Shown here: piece by piece, positions 9,749 through 18,325 of the stretch | Position numbering within the stretch: the first letter of the stretch is position 1 | Layout of the letters: each line of letters starts with the position of its first letter | Assembly: GCA_902796005.1 (NCBI GenBank) | Contig: CADBNF010000023.1 | Location: forward strand, 7,731-71,730 | DNA length: 64,000 nt | From: an uncultured Lachnospiraceae bacterium | Lineage (GTDB): Bacteria; Bacillota; Clostridia; Lachnospirales; Lachnospiraceae | Direction of reading: 5' to 3' | Made by a program: the position numbers and the translations under genes | The notes under the pieces: generated by a model | Database searches by the model: none | Told to the model about the DNA's origin: nothing | The model's input: only the letters and a program-made list of their open reading frames with translations

Positions 9749-10802
9749 TCCTTTTTCTTTCTTTCAGCCTGTTGGGTATAAAATAAGCAAAGAGGGTAAT
9801 TGCCCCGCAGACAATGAGCTGGATATAATAGCTGATTCCCCGGCTTAACACCAGGCCCGGCATAACCAGCCCGCCGGTGAAAATTCCGGTAAAAATCACA
9901 CTGAAAAGCATCTCGGAAATGCCCAGTCCGCCGGGAATGGGCAGCATATCGGTACAGAGGGGAATAACCCCCTGCAGGACCATGATAAGGAAGGGATTGA
10001 CCCCCGACAGGCCGAAGGCCCGGTATACAAAATAGGTTACGGCGAACAGGAAAAAGCGCTGGATAAAGATAAGGACGATTTCCAGCACGATAAGGGGTCC
10101 GTGGGTCTTGAAAAAGGCCGCCGTATCCCGGTAACGGTTCATGCCTGCCACCAGCTTTTCCGTCCTGCCCTCCTTAGGCTTAAGAATATGCTTTCTCTCA
10201 AGCCAGCCCATGAATTTCACGATGAGCTTCTTCGCCAGCCTGGGATGGAAGGTAAAAAGCGCCAGCAGGAAGGTAAAGCCGCCTGTTAAGAACATGCCAA
10301 GGCCGAAGAAAAGCCCTGTACCATGCAGATAGGTGGAAAACAGCCGGTGTCCGAAAATCAGGACGCCGAAGCCCAGAAGCACAAGCACGCCCTTGTGGAT
10401 AAAGGAATACAGAAGAACCACGATGGAGGAAACCGGCACGGAAACCTCATCCTTCTTCATGGCTACAATCTGCATGGCCGGTCCGCCCATGCCAAAGGGA
10501 GTGATGCAGGTGAAGAAATACCCGAGAAAGGCGTATTTCATGGCCCGCAGGATCGTAAAGTTGAAGCCCAGGGTCCTCAGGTTCAGCCAGATGACGATGG
10601 CCTGGAAGACCATGTACCCCATCACGCAGAGGCCGGCCGCGACGATATATACGGGTTTTGTCTGCAGAAGTGCCTCGCCGATATCACTTAAGTCCTGGCC
10701 CTTGGTCAGTCCGTAAAAGGTCAGCAGCAGAATCGCAACCAGAAATATGAGATTAAAAACTGTCCTTTTGTTTATTTTCAAGACAGAATCTCCTGAAATC
10801 AA
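9729..10802 (-). CDS. Flippase-like / LPG-synthase-TM (UPF0104) family integral membrane protein
   Basis: Polytopic membrane ORF with ITPFGMGGPAMQ and PIPGGLGISE motifs. The track start at 10802 is TTG. An alternative TTG at 10781 (giving MKINKRTVF) follows GGAG at 8-nt spacing. The 3' end overlaps queH by 20 nt. Confidence 0.7.
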   Translation of the reverse strand: MISGDSVLKINKRTVFNLIFLVAILLLTFYGLTKGQDLSDIGEALLQTKPVYIVAAGLCVMGYMVFQAIVIWLNLRTLGFNFTILRAMKYAFLGYFFTCITPFGMGGPAMQIVAMKKDEVSVPVSSIVVLLYSFIHKGVLVLLGFGVLIFGHRLFSTYLHGTGLFFGLGMFLTGGFTFLLALFTFHPRLAKKLIVKFMGWLERKHILKPKEGRTEKLVAGMNRYRDTAAFFKTHGPLIVLEIVLIFIQRFFLFAVTYFVYRAFGLSGVNPFLIMVLQGVIPLCTDMLPIPGGLGISEMLFSVIFTGIFTGGLVMPGLVLSRGISYYIQLIVCGAITLFAYFIPNRLKERKRNGKAGK

Positions 10803-10837
10803 AATAATAAGCCGTTATTTGCTCCGGCTGAACAGTT

Positions 10838-10866
10838 ATATTAACACACCCGGGGACATTAGGCAA
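10838..10866 (-). promoter_or_regulatory. Putative SigA promoter for the UPF0104-queH-argH-asd gene string
   Basis: Minus strand: TTGCCT (10861..10866), 17-nt spacer, TGtTAATAT extended -10 (-10 at 10838..10843). Confidence 0.45.
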
Positions 10867-10911
10867 GGTTTAGTTGAGTCAATTCTTCCTGTTTATCCAC
10901 CCCGGGCAGGC

Positions 10912-10949
10912 AAAAAACGGCATGGTCCGTAAACCATGCCGTTCCTTTT
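10912..10949 (-). terminator. Rho-independent terminator after buk
   Basis: CGGCATGG / CCATGCCG stem (10918..10925 / 10934..10941), followed on the minus strand by TTTTTTG. Confidence 0.75.
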
Positions 10950-10978
10950 ACGCATCTGTATGTGCGAATACTGTCTGA

Positions 10979-12085
10979 TTATTCAAAATCGAAGCCGGTG
11001 AAGGGCGGAATTCCGGTATAAACCTTCGCCTCTTCCTCGCCGTTGATGACACGGTAAGCGCCTGCTGCCAGGGCTTCCATCTCGAATTCGCCGGCCATAA
11101 CCACAACGGGGGCAATCCATCCGGTGTATTCCTTAACCTGGTCGGTCAGGTATTTGCCGTGAGCCATGCCGCCGGTCAGGATGATGGCGTCTACCTTGCC
11201 CTTGAGCACGCAGGCCATCTCGCCGATGTATTTGCCGATCTGGTAAATCATGGCGTCATAAACCAGCTTCGGATACTTCTCTCCTGCCAGTGCGGCTTTT
11301 TCCACGACTCTGGCATCGTCGGTTCCGAAATGATCAATCAGGCCGCCCTTCTTGGTGAGCTTGGCCTTAAGAGCAGCGGGATCTTCCTTCTGGGCCATCT
11401 TCAGTACGAAGGTGGTGGGCAGGGCGCCTACACGGGTGGGGGTCAGGGGACCTTCACCTGCAAGGATATCGTTGGAGTCAACCATCTTGCCTGCGCGATG
11501 GGCGGTAATGGAGATGCCGCCGCCAAGGTGGGCGATGATGAGGTTCTGCTCCTCGTACTTAACGCCGTTGGCAGCGCAGTAACGAAGGGCGATTTCCTTC
11601 TGGTTCAGGGCATGGATACGGCTCTCGCGGTATACACCCTTCAGGCCGGTGATTCTGGCAAGATCCTGGAACTCATCGGTATCGGGGGGATTTACGATGT
11701 AGCCCTTGCCGCCGTACTGGGCGATCAGCTTTGCACAGATCTGGGAAGCCAGCTCTGCCGGATGATGGGCGCCGGAAACGGCTGCCTTCGCATCGGCAAG
11801 AACCTTCTCGGTGATTTCGAACACACCGCCGGGACAGGGCATCAGGCCGCCGCCTCTGCCGACGAAAGCATCAACGGTGGAGATATCCACACCGTTTTCC
11901 TTAACCGCATTCAGGACAGCTTCCGTACGGAAATCAAGCTGATCCGGGATGGCGGGGAACTGCTCGAGCTCCTCTGCGGAATGGTTGATGGTCTTGGTGA
12001 ATACGGTCTCGGTATCGTGGAAGAAACCAATCTTCGTGGAGGTGGAGCCGGGATTGATCGCAAGAATATTCAATACTTTAGCCAT
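10979..12085 (-). CDS. buk: Butyrate kinase
   Basis: 368 aa. N-terminus MAKVLNILAINPGSTSTKIGFF (ASKHA fold, butyrate-kinase type). Lies directly after ptb. Confidence 0.9.
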   Translation of the reverse strand: MAKVLNILAINPGSTSTKIGFFHDTETVFTKTINHSAEELEQFPAIPDQLDFRTEAVLNAVKENGVDISTVDAFVGRGGGLMPCPGGVFEITEKVLADAKAAVSGAHHPAELASQICAKLIAQYGGKGYIVNPPDTDEFQDLARITGLKGVYRESRIHALNQKEIALRYCAANGVKYEEQNLIIAHLGGGISITAHRAGKMVDSNDILAGEGPLTPTRVGALPTTFVLKMAQKEDPAALKAKLTKKGGLIDHFGTDDARVVEKAALAGEKYPKLVYDAMIYQIGKYIGEMACVLKGKVDAIILTGGMAHGKYLTDQVKEYTGWIAPVVVMAGEFEMEALAAGAYRVINGEEEAKVYTGIPPFTGFDFE

Positions 12086-12100
12086 TTTCTTTCTCCTTTA

Positions 12101-13033
12101 TCAGTTTGCGGCGTATTTTTCCTTAAAATAGGGGGCGATGGCACAGGCCATGGCAATGGAGTAATACTTGTCGCTGGCGGTAGCGGAACGGGAAATGGTA
12201 ACGGCGGGAACCTTCGCGCCTAAAACCAGTCCTGCAGTGGTGGCGCCGGCCATACCGGTCAGGCACTTCACCAGCACGTTGCCCGCGATAAGATCCGGAG
12301 CAATCAGGATGTCGGCATCGCCGGCAACAGGGCTTTCATAACCCTTGATCTTTGCGGATTCGGGCTCGGTGGCCAGGTCGAAGGAAATGGGACCTTCCAC
12401 GATGCAGCCTTCGATTTCGCCTCTGGCGTTCATCTGCTTCAGCTCGTCGGCTTCCACGGTTTCCTTCATCTTCGGGTTAACCTTCTCAACTGCGCACAGA
12501 ACGCCAACCTTCGGGCACTCATGGCCGAGGGCGTGAAGCAGCTCAACCGCGTTCTGGATGATGCTCTTCTTGCCTTCCAGGTCGGGATATACATTCAGGC
12601 CCTGGTCGGAAACGGCGAAGATCTTGTGATAGCCCGGGCACTCGTAGATGCCGCAGACGGACATGGACTTGCCGGTTCTTAAGTTGTTCTCGGACTTTAA
12701 GAGACCTCTCATGATGTCGCTGGTCTCCATCTTGCCCTTCATGATAACGCCGGCCTTGCCTTCGTTTACCAGTCTGGCAGCGATGGCGCAGCCTTCTACC
12801 TTGTCTTCGCACTCGATAAGCTCATAGTTGGCGGGATCGTCGCCGAGGCCGGTGAGGATCTCTTTGATCTTCTCTACGTTGCCGATAAGGATACCGTTGG
12901 CGATACCGTCTTTTCTGGCATTGGAAATACCCTCAAGGCTGTGCTCGTCATGGGCGCATACAAGGGCGATGGTGGTTTTCTCCGGAAGGGCCTGCGCACG
13001 CTCCGCAAGCTCCTTAAAGCTCTTGATCATCAT
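12101..13033 (-). CDS. ptb: Phosphate butyryltransferase (phosphotransacylase family)
   Basis: ORF 12101..13162, but the first 43 codons look like an artefactual extension. The ATG at 13033 (MMIKSFKELAERAQ) is preceded by AAGAGGA. The sequence is Ptb-like throughout. Confidence 0.85.
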   Translation of the reverse strand: MMIKSFKELAERAQALPEKTTIALVCAHDEHSLEGISNARKDGIANGILIGNVEKIKEILTGLGDDPANYELIECEDKVEGCAIAARLVNEGKAGVIMKGKMETSDIMRGLLKSENNLRTGKSMSVCGIYECPGYHKIFAVSDQGLNVYPDLEGKKSIIQNAVELLHALGHECPKVGVLCAVEKVNPKMKETVEADELKQMNARGEIEGCIVEGPISFDLATEPESAKIKGYESPVAGDADILIAPDLIAGNVLVKCLTGMAGATTAGLVLGAKVPAVTISRSATASDKYYSIAMACAIAPYFKEKYAAN

Positions 13034-13168
13034 AATACATAGTCCTCTTTTCTCTGGTTTGTTATGTATCTTATTACCGTAACATGCCCCCAGAGCCTTT
13101 TCGGGCTCTGAGGGCGGAAATTCACGGTTATATCCCTTAACTCCGGCCGCGCCGGAAGTCATCGGGCT

Positions 13169-14515
13169 TTACAGCATATAGTTCAGGCCGCCCGCGAATG
13201 CAACACGACGTCTGCGAAGGAAGGACCAGGGACCAGTCGGGCCTTCACCGGTGGGTGTGGCAATGGTGGGAGCGGAAAGTCCGGTGCCGTTGTGACCGAA
13301 AGCAGCAAGGGTGCCGCCGCACTGTACACAGGCTGTGGTGTTCAGCAGGGTAGCGAACTTGGTGAAGCGGTCGGTACGCAGGGTCCAGCAGGAGGAGGAA
13401 TGATGGTTGTTATGCTCAGCGGCAAAAGCCTTCTGCAGACCATCTTCGAAGTCCTTAACACGTACAACGGGCATGATGGGCATCATCTGCTCGGTCTGTA
13501 CCAGGTTGTCCTCGTTCTGGGCCTCAAAGAATGCCAGACGGGGATCGCCTTCGCAGGGGATACCAAGCTGTTCAAGAATCCAGTTGGCGTTCTGGCCTAC
13601 GAACTTCTTGTTGGCGCTGGTCTTGCCTTCGGGACTTACGGTTACGCACTTCTCGTTGCAGATGGCAGCTTCCTCAGCGGTCAGTCTCTTGCAGCCGGCA
13701 GCTTCCATGGCATCCATGAAGGCATCGTAAACTTCGTCAACAACGAAGATTTCCTTCTCGGCTACGCACATCAGGTTGTTCTCGAAGGAACAGTTGCCTA
13801 CGATTTCCTTGGCAGCCTTAACAACATCAACGGTCTCGTCTACGAGGCAGGGCGGGTTGCCGGGGCCTGCAGCGATAACCTTCTTGCCGGAACCCATGAT
13901 ATTCTTAACCATGGCTTCGCCGCCGGTACCGATGATAACACGGATGGCTTCGTTCTTCATGATTCTGTCCAGAGTCTCCATGGTGGGGATCTTGCAGCAG
14001 GTCAGCATATTGCAGGGGCCGCCTTCTTCCACGATGGCCTGGTTTACATACTGAAGGGCAAGAGCGGTGGAAACCTTAGCAGCGGGATGCGCATTGAATA
14101 CTACCGCATTGCCGGCCGCCAGGTTGGATACGCCGTTGCCGGCGATGGTGGCGGAAGGATTGGTTACGGGCGTGATGGCGCAGATAACGCCCCACGGAGC
14201 ATAGAAATCAACGGTCAGGCCGTCGCTGGAAGCCATAACGCCGGTGGGCAGCATCTCAACGCCGGGAACGTTGGTTACGGTGTCGATGTTCTTGCTCAGC
14301 TTGTCGTCTGCACGGCCGTAATGGGTCTCTTCAAACTCAAGGCTGGAAAGCTCTTCCACATGCTCAAGCAGTTTCTTACGAACGTTCGCGATAAAACGGG
14401 CACGATCGGAAGTGGTGAAGTTTTCTACATAGTCCTTCTGTGCAGCAAATGCCGCTTCACAGGCTTCTTCGGGAGTCTCAAATACACCCCAGCCGATTTG
14501 GATCTCAGGAATCAT
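13169..14515 (-). CDS. CoA-acylating aldehyde dehydrogenase (EutE/PduP/Ald-like)
   Basis: ORF 13169..14578. The ATG at 14515 (MIPEIQIGWGVFETPEEA) is preceded by AAGGAG. Catalytic-Cys context FENNLMCVAEKE as in acylating ALDHs. No N-terminal encapsulation-peptide-like extension is seen. Confidence 0.8.
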   Translation of the reverse strand: MIPEIQIGWGVFETPEEACEAAFAAQKDYVENFTTSDRARFIANVRKKLLEHVEELSSLEFEETHYGRADDKLSKNIDTVTNVPGVEMLPTGVMASSDGLTVDFYAPWGVICAITPVTNPSATIAGNGVSNLAAGNAVVFNAHPAAKVSTALALQYVNQAIVEEGGPCNMLTCCKIPTMETLDRIMKNEAIRVIIGTGGEAMVKNIMGSGKKVIAAGPGNPPCLVDETVDVVKAAKEIVGNCSFENNLMCVAEKEIFVVDEVYDAFMDAMEAAGCKRLTAEEAAICNEKCVTVSPEGKTSANKKFVGQNANWILEQLGIPCEGDPRLAFFEAQNEDNLVQTEQMMPIMPVVRVKDFEDGLQKAFAAEHNNHHSSSCWTLRTDRFTKFATLLNTTACVQCGGTLAAFGHNGTGLSAPTIATPTGEGPTGPWSFLRRRRVAFAGGLNYML

Positions 14516-14554
14516 GATTTTTCTCCTTATTAAAACATTTTTACTTTCGGTTTC

Positions 14555-14602
14555 CCGGTCTGTTCGGAGCGGTTCCAAAGGAAATCCGCACTCGCAGACC
14601 GG
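14555..14602 (-). promoter_or_regulatory. Structured 5' leader hairpin of the ALDH-ptb-buk operon
   Basis: Minus-strand CCGGTCTG (14595..14602) pairs with CAGACCGG (14555..14562), enclosing an inner GCGG/CCGC helix. It lies between the predicted -10 and the SD. Confidence 0.4.
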
Positions 14603-14607
14603 AGGGT

Positions 14608-14636
14608 ATTATACTATGTTTTCCTGCTTCTTGCAA
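14608..14636 (-). promoter_or_regulatory. Putative SigA promoter for ALDH-ptb-buk
   Basis: Minus strand: TTGCAA (14631..14636), 17-nt spacer, TATAAT (14608..14613). Confidence 0.55.
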
Positions 14637-14678
14637 GAAATAAAAAACGAATTTCCAGCCTTTAAGCCCTTTTCTTCC

Positions 14679-15008
14679 TTACCACTTCACCAGATTGACA
14701 AGGGCCACATAAAAGACCGTGCCGCCGATGATGCACAGCAGGGAATTTTTCTTCCATAAATACAGGAGCAGGATGACGCCGCAGGCAAGGGCCTCCGGCA
14801 CAAAGCCGGACACCGAGGCGAAGGACAGGTCCTTCAGGCAGTAGACCAGCAGCATGCCCATGCAGGCAAAGGGAAGGACCTTTCCCAGGTATTCCAGCCA
14901 TTTCGGAATGGTTTTGCCCCGGCCGAAAACCAGGTAGGGCAGCTCCCTTAAGAAAATCGTGATGATGCTTAAAACGGCGAGGATGAGGAAGGTATGCATA
15001 TTATTCAT
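14679..15008 (-). CDS. azlD: Branched-chain amino acid transport protein AzlD
   Basis: 109-aa hydrophobic ORF that overlaps the azlC stop by 8 nt. Size and position are typical of AzlD. Confidence 0.75.
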   Translation of the reverse strand: MNNMHTFLILAVLSIITIFLRELPYLVFGRGKTIPKWLEYLGKVLPFACMGMLLVYCLKDLSFASVSGFVPEALACGVILLLYLWKKNSLLCIIGGTVFYVALVNLVKW

Positions 15009-15684
15009 AGTACCGCTCCTCCTTCCTGCGCATGAGAAGCAGCACGGCCATAATGCCGACCATGGCGGGAATCATGAAATTCGCGCTTCCAAAGATAATC
15101 CGGCAGGCCAGGGAAATCAGAACGCCCGTCAGCGCTGCAGAATGCCGCTTCGCCTGATCCCACTGCTCGATAAAGGAGGTCACGAACAGGGCGGTCAGTA
15201 CGAAATCCACCCCTTTCAGCTCAAAGGGAAGCAGCTTTCCGGCAATGCCGCCCAGGGCGCAGCCCGCAATCCAGTACAGATGGTTGAAGAAGGTCACATA
15301 GAAATAGTATTTGTCGGAATGCTTTTCCTCACGGCATAAAAGTGCATAGGTTTCGTCCGTCATGCCGAAGGCCAGATAGTGGCGCAGGGGACCGATGTCC
15401 CGGTATTTCCCCAGCATGGACAGCCCGTAGAAAATATGACGAGCCTGCACCATGAAGGTGGAAATGGCGGCGGTGACCAGATTTGCCTGGGTGGCCAGGA
15501 GGTCCACCGCCATATACTGCATGGCCCCGGAGTACATGAACACCGGATAGATGACAATCCAGAACATGCTGTACCCGTGGGCGGCCATCATCAGGCCGAA
15601 ACCTATGCCCAATACGATATACCCCGCGAATACGGGAATGGTTTTTACAAAGGCAGCTTTTGCTGATTCATTGGAAGTATTCAT
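15001..15684 (-). CDS. azlC: AzlC family branched-chain amino acid transporter subunit
   Basis: 227-aa polytopic membrane ORF (…GYIVLGIGFGLMM…MYSGAMQYM…) paired with azlD. Confidence 0.8.
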   Translation of the reverse strand: MNTSNESAKAAFVKTIPVFAGYIVLGIGFGLMMAAHGYSMFWIVIYPVFMYSGAMQYMAVDLLATQANLVTAAISTFMVQARHIFYGLSMLGKYRDIGPLRHYLAFGMTDETYALLCREEKHSDKYYFYVTFFNHLYWIAGCALGGIAGKLLPFELKGVDFVLTALFVTSFIEQWDQAKRHSAALTGVLISLACRIIFGSANFMIPAMVGIMAVLLLMRRKEERYYE

Positions 15685-15694
15685 AATGGCGTAT

Positions 15695-15723
15695 ATTCTA
15701 CACCGTACTTCCCGCTTCGTAAA
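15695..15723 (-). promoter_or_regulatory. Putative promoter for azlCD, giving a near-leaderless mRNA
   Basis: Minus strand: TTTACG (15718..15723), 17-nt spacer, TAGAAT (15695..15700). Only 10 nt separate the -10 from the azlC ATG, and there is no SD. Confidence 0.35.
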
Positions 15724-15767
15724 GGATATTTTGTATTAATATTAATTAAAGTTTGTTATGCGTCCCT

Positions 15768-17315
15768 TCAGCCGGCCTCCGGGTGGAAGTCCAGGGGCGG
15801 CGCGGCCTCCTTGTATGCGCGGATCAGGTCTTCATCATAGGCCTCCTTCAGCGCACACTGTCTGTCGATGACCATCGTTCTCCTGTGATCGGCGGTAAAG
15901 GGAAGCCATTCGGGCAGGTCCGCCCCGCCGGGCTTTCCGGTGCGGATAAAGGAAAGGTAGGCGGAGAACAGACGGTCCTCCATCCTCTCTCCCCAGTCCT
16001 TCTCGTTGCAGACCGGCGCCTTGTCCGCATTGGCAAAGGCAAAGGGTATGTCCGAGCCGTGCCAGGGGGCAATCCGGCAGTTCACCGGCATATTGTAGGC
16101 GAACAGATACATATAGGTGTTGTCACAGCCGGCTTTTGCCTTCTCCACTGCGGTGGCATAAGAAGGCCTGCGGAAGTCCGCATCCAGGTACATCAGATCC
16201 AGGAGGCTGTGATCCGGGTAGGCCTTTGCAAAAAGGCCGGCCAGTTCTTCTGCTCTTTCCCCGAACCGGTCCGCCAGCATGGCCTTAAGGCCCTCCTCCG
16301 TCAGGTTTTCCTTGACCCCGTCGGGAATATTCACCTTGAAATTGAATTCACCCAGGGTGGATGAAATCATAAGGGGCTTGTCCTTGGACCATTCCTCGAA
16401 GCCCACGTCGATTGGAAAGCCCCTGAAGCCCTTTCCGGGCACCGGGGAAATACCGATGTTTCTCCCCTCCTTCGCCAGCTTGACGATGCTTTTCCTGTAG
16501 ACCCGCACCAGATCCTCATAGGGAACGTCATAGACTGCGCTGATGTTCTCCTTACCGATGCCCAGCATCTCCAGCATGCAGTCAGCCATATACCGGCTGT
16601 CCTCTTCCGTGGTTTCCGGACCGTTGTCCAGGCAGCCGCTCATGACGATGCCCTGCCGGAAGTAGTCCTTCGCCGCCTCCATCTGGTACATGGCCAGCAC
16701 CTTGCCGCCGCCGCCGGAATGGCCGCAGATGGTGACCTGCTCCGGGTCTCCCCCGAAGGCAGTGATGTTTTCATGCACCCATTTCAGGGCCGCCACCAGA
16801 TCGAAGAGTCCCAGGTTTTTCGTCTCTGAGAATTCCTCTCCGAAATCCGAAAGGTTCAGGTGCCCCAGCAGGTTAATCCGGTGATTCAGGGAAACGAAGA
16901 CAATCCCTCCTCTTTTTGCCATGTTGAAGCCTTCGTAGAACCGGTTTTCCACCGCATTGCCGGAGAAGAAGCCGCCGCCGTGCATCCAGACCAGCACCGG
17001 TTTGGGCGTATCCAGCCCGTCATCCGGTGTCCAGATGTTCAGATACTGGCAGTCTTCGCTTTCCGGCACCTCATTTCCCAGGCCGTTTTCGTAAGCCGCG
17101 CTGCCCGAAGACCGCAGCTGCCGGCACTGGAAGCCGAAGGTATTTGCCTCCCGGATGCCCTCCCAGCTTTCCGGGTCTTCCGGCATGGCAAACCTGGCCG
17201 CATCCGCGTATTTGATGCCCAGGAACAGGTTGACGCCGCCGTAGCTTACGCCCCTGACTTTGCCGTATTTCGTAGTCACTACGGGTTTTTCTTCTTTATA
17301 AATCAGTCTTTCCAT
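15768..17315 (-). CDS. Type-B carboxylesterase (para-nitrobenzyl esterase-like)
   Basis: ORF 15768..17357. The ATG at 17315 (MERLIYKEEKPVV) follows GGAGGAGACAG. Contains WMHGGGF and the nucleophile elbow GHSGGG. Confidence 0.85.
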   Translation of the reverse strand: MERLIYKEEKPVVTTKYGKVRGVSYGGVNLFLGIKYADAARFAMPEDPESWEGIREANTFGFQCRQLRSSGSAAYENGLGNEVPESEDCQYLNIWTPDDGLDTPKPVLVWMHGGGFFSGNAVENRFYEGFNMAKRGGIVFVSLNHRINLLGHLNLSDFGEEFSETKNLGLFDLVAALKWVHENITAFGGDPEQVTICGHSGGGGKVLAMYQMEAAKDYFRQGIVMSGCLDNGPETTEEDSRYMADCMLEMLGIGKENISAVYDVPYEDLVRVYRKSIVKLAKEGRNIGISPVPGKGFRGFPIDVGFEEWSKDKPLMISSTLGEFNFKVNIPDGVKENLTEEGLKAMLADRFGERAEELAGLFAKAYPDHSLLDLMYLDADFRRPSYATAVEKAKAGCDNTYMYLFAYNMPVNCRIAPWHGSDIPFAFANADKAPVCNEKDWGERMEDRLFSAYLSFIRTGKPGGADLPEWLPFTADHRRTMVIDRQCALKEAYDEDLIRAYKEAAPPLDFHPEAG

Positions 17316-18315
17316 CTGTCTCCTCCTGCAGATACTGGGCGGCCAGATTTGCCGCAATGGTTTTCATTCGCTCCTTTACATTTTCCGGACCGGTGATGGT
17401 AACCGAGGGTCCCAGGGCAATGATCCAGCCCAGGAAATGGTCGCTGATTTCCACCTCCACATTCAGCCGGAACCGGTCCTCTCCCACGGGTACCATGATG
17501 ATATCCTTGCCGAACCGGTCGATAAATACCCCGGCCAGATCGGCGGAGGCCTCCAGGCTTACCCTGCCCGGCTCCCCGCCGAACATGGCGAAAAGCTTCT
17601 GGGAATATTTCGGGGAATTCTTTTTTTCGAATTCCTCCTTTCCCTCCCGCTTCTCCTCCAGGACGGCGATCTTCAGCATCTTGTCCACCCGGTAATGCTT
17701 GATCTTCCGGTCCGCCAGGTCGAAGCCGATGAGATAATAATTCTCATCGTCCCAGGCCAGGGCCCAGGGGCTCACCCGGTACCAGGCGCCGTCATGCCGC
17801 AGCACCGGTTCCTTGCGGATATTCCACTGGAAATATTTGAACCGGATGCTTTTGTCTTCCCCGATGGCGGACTGGATCTTGTCCACATTATAATAAATGC
17901 TTTCATTCATGGACTTGACCCGGCCGGAAATAATCACCTGGCGGTGCAGCTGCTTCGCCTCGTACCGGCTGACCAGGCCCTCCAGCTTGCCGATAAGCTC
18001 CTTGGACTTCTTCTCCGTGATAAATTTGGAGGACTGCACCGAATCCACCAGGAGCTTCAGCTCCGGCAGCTCAAAGTCCCTTGCGCCAACATAATAGTAG
18101 ACATTTCTGCCCTTTTTCTCGCTGATGATGTCCATGCCGAAGGTCCGCAGCTCCTCAAAATCCTGATAGAGGATTTTCCGGTTTACGCTGATCCCCTCCG
18201 CCGCGAGCCTCCGGATAATCTCCGCAGCCGAAAGCCCGTGCGCCTCATCGGTTTCCGAAAGAAGAAGCTTCTGCAATACCAAAAGCTTCAGTTTCTGATT
18301 GGCTTCCCTTGCCAT
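17296..18315 (-). CDS. HTH + WYL domain transcriptional regulator
   Basis: 339 aa. N-terminal winged-HTH region (HGLSAAEIIRRLAAEGISVNRKILYQDFEEL), a central WYL-type beta domain (FKYFQW...AWYRVSPWALAWDDENYYLIGFD...KHYRVDKM) and a C-terminal extension. GGGGGAG SD. The 3' end overlaps the esterase start by 20 nt. Confidence 0.8.
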   Translation of the reverse strand: MAREANQKLKLLVLQKLLLSETDEAHGLSAAEIIRRLAAEGISVNRKILYQDFEELRTFGMDIISEKKGRNVYYYVGARDFELPELKLLVDSVQSSKFITEKKSKELIGKLEGLVSRYEAKQLHRQVIISGRVKSMNESIYYNVDKIQSAIGEDKSIRFKYFQWNIRKEPVLRHDGAWYRVSPWALAWDDENYYLIGFDLADRKIKHYRVDKMLKIAVLEEKREGKEEFEKKNSPKYSQKLFAMFGGEPGRVSLEASADLAGVFIDRFGKDIIMVPVGEDRFRLNVEVEISDHFLGWIIALGPSVTITGPENVKERMKTIAANLAAQYLQEETDGKTDL

Positions 18316-18325
18316 GTTCTCCCCC

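Noticed and set aside
10893-10900. DnaA-box-like TTATCCAC (a second, weaker one lies near 47984).
   Set aside because: These are single isolated matches. There is no cluster, no AT-rich unwinding element and no dnaA/dnaN context, so this is not an origin.
11159-12223. 354-aa plus-strand ORF antisense to buk. Similar long antisense ORFs: 13292..14533 opposite the ALDH gene, 31959..33428 opposite the LCP gene, 42563..44149 opposite the helicase gene, 49797..51176 opposite the HK gene and 59436..60815 opposite gdhA.
   Set aside because: Each lies exactly opposite a gene with strong family motifs. Their translations are low-complexity and Gly/Arg/His/Pro-rich with no motifs and no SD. Such shadow ORFs are expected in GC-rich DNA.
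10979-13033. ptb-buk as evidence that the window encodes a complete butyrate-synthesis pathway.
   Set aside because: No thl/hbd/crt/bcd-etf genes are in the window. Only the terminal two steps plus an ALDH are present.
13034-13162. N-terminal extensions suggested by the ORF track for ptb. The same issue applies to ALDH (14516..14578), the esterase (17316..17357), the helicase (44165..44296), the RR (51881..51913), csp (58075..58113) and argH (9053..9073).
   Set aside because: The extensions lack an SD, overlap upstream genes or leaders, and precede canonical family N-termini that have good SD spacing.
17296-18315. The WYL regulator as a marker of an anti-phage defence island.
   Set aside because: No nuclease, helicase, methylase, TIR, SIR2, CBASS or BREX-like genes are adjacent. 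The neighbours are an esterase, VanZ, AzlCD and a tRNA. I keep it as an unusual operon but do not call it a defence system.
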